Shown: positions 35,083 to 42,574 of the stretch, one piece after another | How positions within the stretch are numbered: the stretch's first letter is position 1 | How the letters are laid out: each line of letters begins with the position of its first letter | DNA from: a virus | Taxonomy: Duplodnaviria; Caudoviricetes | Reading direction: 5' to 3' (one strand) | IMG/VR virus record: IMGVR_UViG_3300021378_000028 | Location: 1 to 56,899 of that record | Length of the DNA: 56,899 nt | Notes under the pieces: generated by a model | What the model was told of the DNA's origin: nothing | Database searches by the model: none | What the model saw: the letters and a program-made list of their open reading frames with translations, nothing else | Program-made: the position numbers and the translations under genes

Positions 35083-36077
35083 GTGCTTATTACAATGAGA
35101 TCGATCCTTATGCGGCGTCATGGTTGCGGGAATTAATTAAGGCGGGCCACATTGCTGATGGTGTGGTTGACGAGAGGAGTATTAGTGATGTCAGACCAGA
35201 AGAACTTTTTGAATTTACTCAGTGTCACTTCTTCGCGGGGATTGGAATCTGGAGCCACGCGCTCCGCTCCGCGGGATGGGATGACGAGCGGCCTGTGTGG
35301 ACGGGCTCATGTCCCTGCCAACCTTTCAGCCAGAGCGGCACAAGAAAGGGGGTGCTTGACGAGCGGCACCTCTGGCCTCACTGGCACCACCTCATCGCGG
35401 AGTGCCGCCCTTCAACGATCTTTGGAGAGCAGGTTGCGAGCAAAGACGGGCTTGGTTGGCTCGACCTTGTACAAGCTGACATGGAAGGAGAGGACTACGC
35501 CTTCGGGGCTTTTGATTTGTGCTCTGCGGGCTTCGGCGCCCCGCACATCCGGCAACGGCTTTGGTTCGTGGCCGACGCCGACGACGCGGGATCACAAGGG
35601 CGGTTACATAGGGGGTCGGATACGCAACGGCAAGATCAGCACGGACACGTTGGATGTGGCGGCTCAGTTGGTGGGGTGGCCCACGCCGACAGCGAACAAC
35701 GCGACGAAGGATTGCAATCGGTATCGGGAGGATTTTCAGAACGGGTTGGGGGCGATAGCGTCTTTGACCACGGGGTGGACCACACCATCAGCCTCGGACG
35801 GGACGCGGGGCGGCAGTGGGATCACGGCCAAGATGTCGGGGAGCAGTTTGACTCAGATGTCGAAGATGGCGGGGCCGATAAGACTAACGGCTTCTGGGGA
35901 GATGTTGACTGGCTTGGATGCAGGGATGGAAAGTGGAGGCCAGTTAGATCCGGCTCATTCCCGTTGGTTAATGGGGCTACCTCCCGCGTGGGACGATTGC
36001 GCGCCTATGGCAACGCGATCACGGCGCAAGTCGCGCAAGGATTAATTGAAAGTTATATGGAGACAGCAGATGCCTAA
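35079..36077 (+). CDS. dcm: DNA cytosine-C5 methyltransferase (alpha subunit)
   Basis: FFAGIG (I), GSCPCQPFS (IV), EQV (VI), [10 protein letters not shown] (VIII), LRAYGNAI (X); no clear motif IX. Confidence 0.9.
   Translation: MSAYYNEIDPYAASWLRELIKAGHIADGVVDERSISDVRPEELFEFTQCHFFAGIGIWSHALRSAGWDDERPVWTGSCPCQPFSQSGTRKGVLDERHLWPHWHHLIAECRPSTIFGEQVASKDGLGWLDLVQADMEGEDYAFGAFDLCSAGFGAPHIRQRLWFVADADDAGSQGRLHRGSDTQRQDQHGHVGCGGSVGGVAHADSEQRDEGLQSVSGGFSERVGGDSVFDHGVDHTISLGRDAGRQWDHGQDVGEQFDSDVEDGGADKTNGFWGDVDWLGCRDGKWRPVRSGSFPLVNGATSRVGRLRAYGNAITAQVAQGLIESYMETADA
35188..36045 (+). CDS. Nested alternative-frame ORF, putative methyltransferase beta subunit (TRD plus motif IX-like)
   Basis: Open +1 frame of 285 codons; AGGAG about 8 nt before ATG 35188; three W(P/T)TP.A.D-type repeats; [16 protein letters not shown]. 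Confidence 0.7.
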   Translation: MSDQKNFLNLLSVTSSRGLESGATRSAPRDGMTSGLCGRAHVPANLSARAAQERGCLTSGTSGLTGTTSSRSAALQRSLESRLRAKTGLVGSTLYKLTWKERTTPSGLLICALRASAPRTSGNGFGSWPTPTTRDHKGGYIGGRIRNGKISTDTLDVAAQLVGWPTPTANNATKDCNRYREDFQNGLGAIASLTTGWTTPSASDGTRGGSGITAKMSGSSLTQMSKMAGPIRLTASGEMLTGLDAGMESGGQLDPAHSRWLMGLPPAWDDCAPMATRSRRKSRKD

Positions 36078-36519
36078 TCATTGTTATCAAGGTGTGTACC
36101 TTCACGGGCCGACCCATTTGATCCAGCACTTACATGCTGCGTTATCGAAGGATGAGCCTGAGTTTTGTAGCACCATTGCACCCATGCCATTTGAGGTGTG
36201 GGCCAAGCAGACGCAGCCGGATCAGGTCATGCCTGATTGGTACGAGTGGAGAGCCAAGAACTGGGGTACGAAGTGGGATGTTTGTGATGCGGAGATCGAC
36301 GAGGATGGTCTTGAGTATTCAGATGACAAGAAGGTTGCGTGGTTCTCGTTCCGCTGTTGGACGGCATGGGGTGCGCCTATTCCGGTGTGGGATAGGTTGC
36401 ATGCGATGGGCATCGAGGTTCAGGCGGAGTATCAGGACGAGGGTGGTATGTTTGAGGGTGAGTATCATCATGGTGAGGATCGTTCGTGGGATCCTGAAGA
36501 TGTATTGGAGGAGGCGTGA
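36070..36519 (+). CDS. DUF1281/YubB ferredoxin-like domain protein
   Basis: MPNHC...WYEWR..NWGTKWD...TAW..P. Confidence 0.7.
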   Translation: MPNHCYQGVYLHGPTHLIQHLHAALSKDEPEFCSTIAPMPFEVWAKQTQPDQVMPDWYEWRAKNWGTKWDVCDAEIDEDGLEYSDDKKVAWFSFRCWTAWGAPIPVWDRLHAMGIEVQAEYQDEGGMFEGEYHHGEDRSWDPEDVLEEA

Positions 36520-36605
36520 TGACAGCGCAGGACATGGAAGATATGTTGGATGCGGTATTTCGCAAAGTGTTTAGGAGTTTAACAGAAGAGGAGAAGAAGA
36601 AATGA
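36519..36605 (+). CDS. 28-aa peptide (not in ORF track)
   Basis: GGAGG RBS; TGATG and ATGA overlaps. Confidence 0.45.
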   Translation: MTAQDMEDMLDAVFRKVFRSLTEEEKKK

Positions 36606-36853
36606 TTAGAGAATTTTGGCAACGTCTGACGCGCAAGCGTCGGAGCAATAAGAAGTTGACGCGCAAGGAGCAGATCTTGGGTGAGTTGGACCGAGGAGCG
36701 GGGACTGCGAAGCAGTTGTCGGACCGCACGGGATTGAAGCTTACGATTGTTCGGGCGACGATGACTCAGTTACACAAGGCTGGTTTAATTGTGGACACTG
36801 GAAAGAAGTCTGGGCGCGAGGGCGTTTGGATTGTGAAAAAAGTTCTTGACTAA
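36602..36853 (+). CDS. Winged-helix DNA-binding protein
   Basis: IL..L...TAKQLS..TGL....VR..M.QL.KAGLI.DTG. Confidence 0.7.
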   Translation: MIREFWQRLTRKRRSNKKLTRKEQILGELDRGAGTAKQLSDRTGLKLTIVRATMTQLHKAGLIVDTGKKSGREGVWIVKKVLD

Positions 36854-36915
36854 CGCGCAGAGCGCATGTCACAAACAAGTTACTATCAACTAGAAGCCAA
36901 GTAAGGAGAAAACAC

Positions 36916-37692
36916 ATGGCAACGAAGAAAGCACCACAAGAGTCTGCATTGGAAATTCAACCATTGAAGCAGGGTCGCGTTAAACTTCGGATGATGGGCA
37001 CTACCCCGTTGTATTTCAACAGCATGAGCAGCAAGGCTATGCGTGATTTGTTGATTGGTGGGGGTCGCAAGACTGCGGCGCAGAAGAAAGAGATCAAGCA
37101 CAATCCTGAGCAGGAGTTTCGTGATTCGGTTTACAAGAAGTCTTTTGGGGATACGTTGTTATGTTTCCCTGCTCCAGGGGTCAAGGGCGCGATGGCTACG
37201 GCTGCGTTGGAGACTGATGGTATTACGAAGACGAGTGTGCAGCGGTTGATTTTTTTACCTCAGACGCATGTTCAGATATGGGGCAAGCCTCAGTTAAAGA
37301 TTGACATGGTTCGCTCTGCGGACATGAACAAGACGCCGGACATGCGGACGCGGGCTTACTTGCCTCGTTGGTGTGCGGAGGTTGACATTGCGTATGTACA
37401 ACCAACCCTGTCTGCGTATTCGATTGTGTCGTTATTGACGAATGCGGGATCGATTGTTGGGATTGGAGACTTCCGGCAGGAGAAGGGCCGAGGATCGTTT
37501 GGCACGTTCCAAGTTCTGACTGAGGACAGCATGGGTTCATTTCAGAGTGAGTGGGATGAGTTGATGTTGGAGGATCGAGCGGTTCAGCAGGATGCGATGG
37601 ACAACCCTGTGTTTGCGGATGAGCAGACTGAGGAGTTGATGCAGTTCATGGCGGAGGAGAGATCCCGTCGTGATATTACTTTAGTTGCGTAA
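36916..37692 (+). CDS. Stand-alone RAMP / Cas7-like RNA-binding protein
   Basis: N-terminal strand L.MMGTTPLYF, FPAPGVKGAM (RAMP IPgSslKG-like), C-terminal Gly-rich loop AG..VGIGDFR.EKG.GSFG.F.V; AAGGAG RBS; TTGACT at 36846; no other cas genes in the genome. Confidence 0.7.
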   Translation: MATKKAPQESALEIQPLKQGRVKLRMMGTTPLYFNSMSSKAMRDLLIGGGRKTAAQKKEIKHNPEQEFRDSVYKKSFGDTLLCFPAPGVKGAMATAALETDGITKTSVQRLIFLPQTHVQIWGKPQLKIDMVRSADMNKTPDMRTRAYLPRWCAEVDIAYVQPTLSAYSIVSLLTNAGSIVGIGDFRQEKGRGSFGTFQVLTEDSMGSFQSEWDELMLEDRAVQQDAMDNPVFADEQTEELMQFMAEERSRRDITLVA

Positions 37693-37695
37693 GAA

Positions 37696-37720
37696 GGATG
37701 GGGGCCGCGAGCCCCCATCC
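37696..37720 (+). other. Perfect 10-bp hairpin at the 5' border of the array
   Basis: GGATGGGGGC-CGCGA-GCCCCCATCC, with no U-tract. Confidence 0.8.
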
Positions 37721-37735
37721 ATTTGGTCAAGGTTA

Positions 37736-38261
37736 CACGGTCTGGGTGAGGTGCGGTCGAGCACGTTCGGTTAGGGCGGGGTACGGTCCGGTTGGGTCAG
37801 GCGGTCGAGGTGTGACAAGGTCGGTTATGGCAAGTCGGGTTAAGACGGTCGGGGCACGGTCCGGTTTGGACGGGTTCGTTGAGTTGGGGCGCGGCACAGG
37901 CATGGCCCGTTTTGGTTAGGCGGTCGGGGTCCGGTAAGACATGGTTGGTCGTGGAGAGTTACGGTGCAGCAAGGCGGTCGGGGTCACTCTAGGTGAGGTG
38001 TGATGTGTTCGGTTAAGTTATGGTCACGGTACGGCGGTCATGGAATGATAAGTTGAGGTATGTCGGGTTCTGTCAGGTCGTGTCATGGCGGTCGGGGCGA
38101 GATGTGTTTCGGTTTTATTGGTTTTGGTATTGTTTGTTAAGGCGGTCGAGGCGCGGTATGACGAGTTACGTTGCGGTCAGTCGGGTCGCGGTCACGGTAC
38201 GGCGGTCATGGCGCGGGGAGGCGGCGAACGGTAAGTTACGTCGGGGCAAGGCGCGGCGGTC
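37736..38261 (+). ncRNA. Putative guide-RNA array: 9 units of G(G/T/A)Y-NN pentamers delimited by GGCGGTC
   Basis: Delimiters at 37736 (CACGGTC), 37800, 37844 (GACGGTC), 37919, 37973, 38033, 38087, 38141, 38201, 38255; spacings 64, 44, 75, 54, 60, 54, 54, 60, 54; hand count 81/87 pentamers start with G and 82/87 have a pyrimidine at position 3. Confidence 0.75.
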
Positions 38262-38290
38262 AATTAAACAGCTATATAAGGAGAAAAGAA

Positions 38291-38788
38291 ATGGCTGGTT
38301 TTCCAAAGAAAGAACGTCAAAGAATTATTGACGAATATCTAGCGGCATCTGGGAACAACATGTTTGTTCCGCATGAGTTTGTGGATTGGTTGGGTGGACA
38401 GCCTGAGCATGAGGCATATGATTGGTTCTATAGTCTGAATGATGCGGAAGCTGCGCGTCAACATCGGATCCAGTTGGCTCGTCAGATGGCGAGTGGTCTA
38501 AGGATCGTGGTTCAAGACACGACGACCAATGATCAGGTGGTTAGTTTATCGGTTCGTGAGTACCCTACGTTCATCAGTCCTGTGAGTTTACGCAAGAGTG
38601 GTGGTGGGTATGAGCGGTTTGATCCTGAGAGCAGTGATGCTCAACAAGAATTACGCAGACAGGCGGCGACGGCTATGGCATCTTGGTTATCAAGATATCG
38701 TGGGTGTGCTGAGAACATCGGTTTGGACATGGGTCCTTTGGAGGATATTGCTCAGACGTTGCGGGGTGTTGAGGAGGAAGTTGCGTGA
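38291..38788 (+). CDS. Helical partner protein of the RAMP-array locus
   Basis: AAGGAG RBS, start MAGFPKKERQ; H..Y.WF...DAEAARQHRIQLARQMASGLRI motif. Confidence 0.75.
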   Translation: MAGFPKKERQRIIDEYLAASGNNMFVPHEFVDWLGGQPEHEAYDWFYSLNDAEAARQHRIQLARQMASGLRIVVQDTTTNDQVVSLSVREYPTFISPVSLRKSGGGYERFDPESSDAQQELRRQAATAMASWLSRYRGCAENIGLDMGPLEDIAQTLRGVEEEVA

Positions 38789-39030
38789 TTGAATATTTTA
38801 CAGCGTTGGTCCTGCATTATGAGATGCAGGACCTTGAGATGGAGACGGTGGTTTGGTTTGAGAACGAGGCTCAATGTCAGTCGGTCATGGATCAGGACAT
38901 TGCGATGCCGTTGTACAATGAGCTTTATAGTTTGTACGGCAACAACATCATGATGTTTTGTGAGGTGACAGACAAGCCATCGAGGGTGGTACGACCGAGG
39001 CTTCGACCGGAGGGATTAGGCAATGGGTGA
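38785..39030 (+). CDS. Hypothetical protein
   Basis: GTGA overlap, GAGGAG RBS. Confidence 0.6.
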   Translation: MIEYFTALVLHYEMQDLEMETVVWFENEAQCQSVMDQDIAMPLYNELYSLYGNNIMMFCEVTDKPSRVVRPRLRPEGLGNG

Positions 39031-39211
39031 CAGTGATTTAACTAGATTCCAAGCGGCTCAGTTGAACTGGCTCAAGCGTCAGGTTGATGCGTTACAGGAG
39101 GAGCGGTATCGCAGGGATGCGAGGCCCAATGTACAGCGTGAGTTATTCGCTGCGCGTGAGGAGCTTGATACATATGTTAAGAATCTTCGTGAATCGGGCA
39201 AGCAGATATGA
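39023..39211 (+). CDS. Hypothetical coiled-coil protein
   Basis: Coupled ORF. Confidence 0.6.
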   Translation: MGDSDLTRFQAAQLNWLKRQVDALQEERYRRDARPNVQRELFAAREELDTYVKNLRESGKQI

Positions 39212-39555
39212 CAGAGTTTGAGCGCATTAAGTACGAGGATTTGTACCGAGCAAAATGGTTGGAGCAGAACATCAAGGACGAGGCGGCGAACCCGCGTTGG
39301 AATGGTGGCATGTCCAACAGTGCTCGCAATGGATTCAAGAAGCATCCCTCTGTGAACAAGGGCGGGCGTCCAAAGTTGACGTTGTCCAAGGATGCGGTGA
39401 TGTTAAACAAGTTGCTGCAACGTGAGCTTTCTTTAACCGATGCGGCTGACATCATGGGCTTGACCGTTAAGTCTTTGCGTCAGATTAAATCAAGATACGG
39501 TTTACCAAGGAGCAAGGATGAAAAACCTTCTGACGTACATTCCAACGCGGATTAA
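39208..39555 (+). CDS. HTH-containing protein
   Basis: GGRPK...LSLTDAADIMGLTVKSLRQIK. Confidence 0.65.
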   Translation: MTEFERIKYEDLYRAKWLEQNIKDEAANPRWNGGMSNSARNGFKKHPSVNKGGRPKLTLSKDAVMLNKLLQRELSLTDAADIMGLTVKSLRQIKSRYGLPRSKDEKPSDVHSNAD

Positions 39556-39688
39556 AGAACTGAACCAAGAGATCGATGATATACTGTGGGAAGACACCGC
39601 GGATCCGAGGATCGAGCAGTTGGTAGAAGAACTCAATTATTTAAAGAGCCAAGAAGAGAAAGGAGAACTCTATGAGCCAGACTTTTGA
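39518..39688 (+). CDS. Acidic hypothetical protein (56 aa; not in ORF track)
   Basis: AAGGAG RBS; MKNLLTYIPTRIKELNQEIDDILWED...YEPDF. Confidence 0.55.
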   Translation: MKNLLTYIPTRIKELNQEIDDILWEDTADPRIEQLVEELNYLKSQEEKGELYEPDF

Positions 39689-39926
39689 GACGAAGAAAAA
39701 GTTCCAGTCGGAAGAGATGACTGTTTTGATAGAGGATCTAACTCATTCGGACAGTGCGTTCGGGGTGAATGAAGAGGGTGACGGGGTGTTCTTTGGCACC
39801 AGGATTGTTGAGAAGATGGAGATTGAACCTGGAGACGAGGTTACGGCGCACTGCATTCCTAATTATGTGGACAAGCGGGACGAGATTCCTTGGCGCTGCA
39901 TAAAGATTTCCCACAAGAACGATTAA
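39672..39926 (+). CDS. Small OB-fold-like protein
   Basis: SAFG...GDGVFF...GDEV.A..IPN...WR; AAGGAG RBS. Confidence 0.55.
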   Translation: MSQTFETKKKFQSEEMTVLIEDLTHSDSAFGVNEEGDGVFFGTRIVEKMEIEPGDEVTAHCIPNYVDKRDEIPWRCIKISHKND

Positions 39927-39980
39927 CTTGCAACTTGTCCTCCAGTGGTTTAGAAGTAACCAACAAATGGAGGACAAGCT

Positions 39981-40151
39981 ATGGCTCGTAAGAAGATGAA
40001 AGAGAAAGACAAGCAGCAATTTCAGAATGTTGGCTTGATCAAAGAGGATCATGACCTGCTTCGCAAGTTGGCGGACGCAGAGCAGAGGTCCATGGCACGA
40101 CAACTATCTGTATTGATTAGAAAAGCTATTGCTGAATTAGAGACGGCTTGA
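39981..40151 (+). CDS. Ribbon-helix-helix (Arc/CopG-like) regulator (56 aa; not in ORF track)
   Basis: GGAGG RBS; FQNVGLIKEDHDLLRKLADAEQRSMARQLSVLI. Confidence 0.7.
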   Translation: MARKKMKEKDKQQFQNVGLIKEDHDLLRKLADAEQRSMARQLSVLIRKAIAELETA

Positions 40152-40157
40152 TATACT
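40129..40157 (+). promoter_or_regulatory. Strong sigma70-like promoter with no downstream ORF
   Basis: TTGCTG-17 nt-TATACT with TG extended -10. Confidence 0.55.
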
Positions 40158-40163
40158 TTACTT

Positions 40164-40261
40164 ACTGCTCGAATAGGTTCACGCCTGTGGCCTTATTTGC
40201 CCTCATCAACTAACCCCGACCCGGCTAGGATTCGCACTGCAACGGTTGGGGTTATTTTTTT
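40164..40261 (+). ncRNA. Candidate small RNA of about 95 nt
   Basis: Lies between the promoter above and an 11-bp stem (40211-40221/40244-40254) with a 22-nt loop and T7 tract. Confidence 0.4.
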
Positions 40262-40500
40262 GCCTCATTAGATTTGCCTTTTTTGCCTGCGATTTGGTAG
40301 GCCTTTTCTTTGGAGTACCCTCGGATCTGTGTGACGTTGGTGTAGGATTTATTCATTCCTTTGAGCAGGGCTTTTGCTACGTCATCCTCTAGGCCTGTTT
40401 GTTCGGCAAGGACCTTGGCCCCCGTATCGAGGGTCCGAAGTCCTTTCTTATAGTCCACCATGGTTTCGATTATTTCATCGTGGGTTTTAGACTTAGCCAT
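40252..40500 (-). CDS. Hypothetical protein
   Basis: 82 aa, downstream of the SNF2 helicase. Confidence 0.6.
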   Translation of the reverse strand: MAKSKTHDEIIETMVDYKKGLRTLDTGAKVLAEQTGLEDDVAKALLKGMNKSYTNVTQIRGYSKEKAYQIAGKKGKSNEAKK

Positions 40501-41939
40501 TCCCTTGCTTCCTCTCCTAATACTTTGGCGCCGATATCGATCTTGGTTCGAAGGGCCTTAACTATGCGTTCATCGATGCTGCCTTCGCAGATCAGATCGA
40601 TGTATGTCACGTTGTTCTTTTGTCCGATCCGGTGTGCTCGATCCTCTGATTGGATCCGAGTTTCCAGATTGAAGTCGTTGGCATAGTATACCACGAGGTT
40701 TGCCTCGGTCAAAGTCAGACCGTATCCTGCGGTGGCGGGGTTGCCTACGAAGAATCGAAGTGGGTGGTTTGGATTCTGGAAGTTCTTGACGATGTCGTTT
40801 CGGTCGTCGTCGGTTGTGTCCCCGAAGTATGCCGCAGCGGATCCTTCTCCAAACTTATTGTTCAGCATTTGTGTGATCTGTTGGATGTCGTACCGGAAGC
40901 GGGACCAGATGATAGCTTTGCCGTCGTGCTCGTCCATGATCTCGGTCAGTGCGTCCATGCGTTTGGATGGGAAGTACAGCATCTCACCGTCGTCGGTCTT
41001 CAGATGGCCGGACATGATCTGTTGGAGCCGCAGCATCTGCGTGATTACTGCTGGTGCGGTGACCAACTCACCGTCATCGAGCAGCACCATGGCATGGCGG
41101 CGCACATCCTCGTACATCTTGAACTGTTCGGAGGTCATGCCGACATACCTGGCGGTGTAGATTTTGTCGGGAAGATCGAGGCAGTCCTTCTTTAATACGC
41201 GGAAGGAGAACATATCGATCTTGTTGGTGAGCTCGTCGAGATTCTTGAACCCAATGATTTGCTGAAAGGCTGCTTGACCCATGGTCTTGCGTTGCACTAC
41301 GGCGTAGCGTCCTTGGAACGCGTAGTACGAATCATATCCCAAGAGCCCAGGGCGGAGGAACTCGCACTGCGAATAGATATCCATTGGGCTTTTTGTTATG
41401 GGTGAGCCTGTCAAGAGTCTTCTATACTTGAACCCCGCAGCGATTTTCATTAGAGCTTTGGTGCGCTTGGCCTTATGGTTTTTGATGGTGGTTGATTCGT
41501 CGATTGCGATCATACCGTTTGAGCCCAGCGCACGAGCCATCCATTCCCCTGCATTTTTACCTTTAAGAGATGAGAATGATTCGACGTTCATGACAAAGAT
41601 GGTCAGGCCGTTGAACTTATCTTTGACTGAGCGCATCTCTTCGGTTTGTTTTTTGTTTGGACTAGACACCCAACGTATGACGCGATGGGGTATATCATCG
41701 GACATATGTTCTGGGATTTCTTTGGCTACCCAGTTGCGATACACGCCTTTGGGTGCGATGACCAAGGCAAAGTTGATCAGCCCTGATTGATACAGCATGC
41801 CCATGTTGTCGATTAGAACTTTGGATTTACCCGTCCCCATCTCCATGAACAAACCAAACTCGATTCGATCCCACCCGTCATCCAAGGCTTCGGCCTGGTG
41901 ATTAAACGGTGGTAATTTATATTTGTAGTTGACAACCAT
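40470..41939 (-). CDS. SNF2-family (SF2) helicase
   Basis: MEMGTGKS, DEST, LTGSP, GYGLTL, QSEDRAHRIGQ. Confidence 0.93.
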   Translation of the reverse strand: MVVNYKYKLPPFNHQAEALDDGWDRIEFGLFMEMGTGKSKVLIDNMGMLYQSGLINFALVIAPKGVYRNWVAKEIPEHMSDDIPHRVIRWVSSPNKKQTEEMRSVKDKFNGLTIFVMNVESFSSLKGKNAGEWMARALGSNGMIAIDESTTIKNHKAKRTKALMKIAAGFKYRRLLTGSPITKSPMDIYSQCEFLRPGLLGYDSYYAFQGRYAVVQRKTMGQAAFQQIIGFKNLDELTNKIDMFSFRVLKKDCLDLPDKIYTARYVGMTSEQFKMYEDVRRHAMVLLDDGELVTAPAVITQMLRLQQIMSGHLKTDDGEMLYFPSKRMDALTEIMDEHDGKAIIWSRFRYDIQQITQMLNNKFGEGSAAAYFGDTTDDDRNDIVKNFQNPNHPLRFFVGNPATAGYGLTLTEANLVVYYANDFNLETRIQSEDRAHRIGQKNNVTYIDLICEGSIDERIVKALRTKIDIGAKVLGEEAREWLSLKPTMK

Positions 41940-41958
41940 TATATACCTCCACTATTGT
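41929..41958 (+). promoter_or_regulatory. Promoter of the replication operon
   Basis: TTGACA-18 nt-TATTGT, divergent from the helicase. Confidence 0.5.
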
Positions 41959-42015
41959 CCACTAACGGATAGCATGGTGCTACCGGATAAATCAACCCTG
42001 AAGAGGAAAAACTTT

Positions 42016-42573
42016 ATGAGCGATATATTTGAAGACTTATACGACGAATCGGAGGCGCTCGCGTCTGTCGATACTGGAACCGGAAAGAAGTTAAGTCAAC
42101 TGGTTCGTAAACTTCGCGCTGTTGAGAAAGAGATCAGCGATGCGGAGGACCACATTAAAGCTATGAAGCAAGAGAAGCACAAGCTTTCGGTCGAGAACAT
42201 CCCCGCCTTAATGGATGAGATGGGCGTCGAGCGTTTGGATGTGGACGGCTCTGTTGTGGAGCGCAAGATGATTGTTGCTGCGTCGATACCTGCGGCAAAC
42301 AAAGAGGCCGCGTTTGATTGGCTTCGGTCCAATGGCTTGGATGACATCATCAAGAATGACATCACCGTGTCCTTTGGTAAGGGCGAGGATAATGTAGCGG
42401 GCGACGTTGTCGGACTGCTGCAAGAGCGTGGCTTCGATCCGAAGACCAAGACCCACGTTCACCCTTCTACACTCAAAGCCTTCGTTAAGGAGCGCGTGAT
42501 AGAAGGTAAGCCGATTGATCTCGATTTGTTCGGGGCTTTCATTTCCAATACAGCACAAATCCGGAGGAAGTAA
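42016..42573 (+). CDS. Conserved replication-module protein
   Basis: Coiled coil, IP.LMDEMG, AFDWLR.NG..DIIKN, VHPSTLKAFVKE. Confidence 0.7.
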   Translation: MSDIFEDLYDESEALASVDTGTGKKLSQLVRKLRAVEKEISDAEDHIKAMKQEKHKLSVENIPALMDEMGVERLDVDGSVVERKMIVAASIPAANKEAAFDWLRSNGLDDIIKNDITVSFGKGEDNVAGDVVGLLQERGFDPKTKTHVHPSTLKAFVKERVIEGKPIDLDLFGAFISNTAQIRRK

Positions 42574-42574
42574 T

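Noticed and set aside
37736-38261. Canonical CRISPR array
   Set aside because: The constant element is only 7 nt and the intervening segments are internally periodic rather than unique spacers; no cas1/cas2 or other cas genes seen
37698-38331. ORFs 37698..37919, 38020..38331 and the 5' extension 38171..38290
   Set aside because: Arg/Gly/Val-rich products expected from a G/T-rich period-5 repeat; no RBS; the real start with AAGGAG is 38291
40164-40261. tRNA gene
   Set aside because: Contains GGTTCA and ATTCG words but no cloverleaf or CCA end could be built; no tRNA recognised anywhere in the window, though tRNAscan was not run
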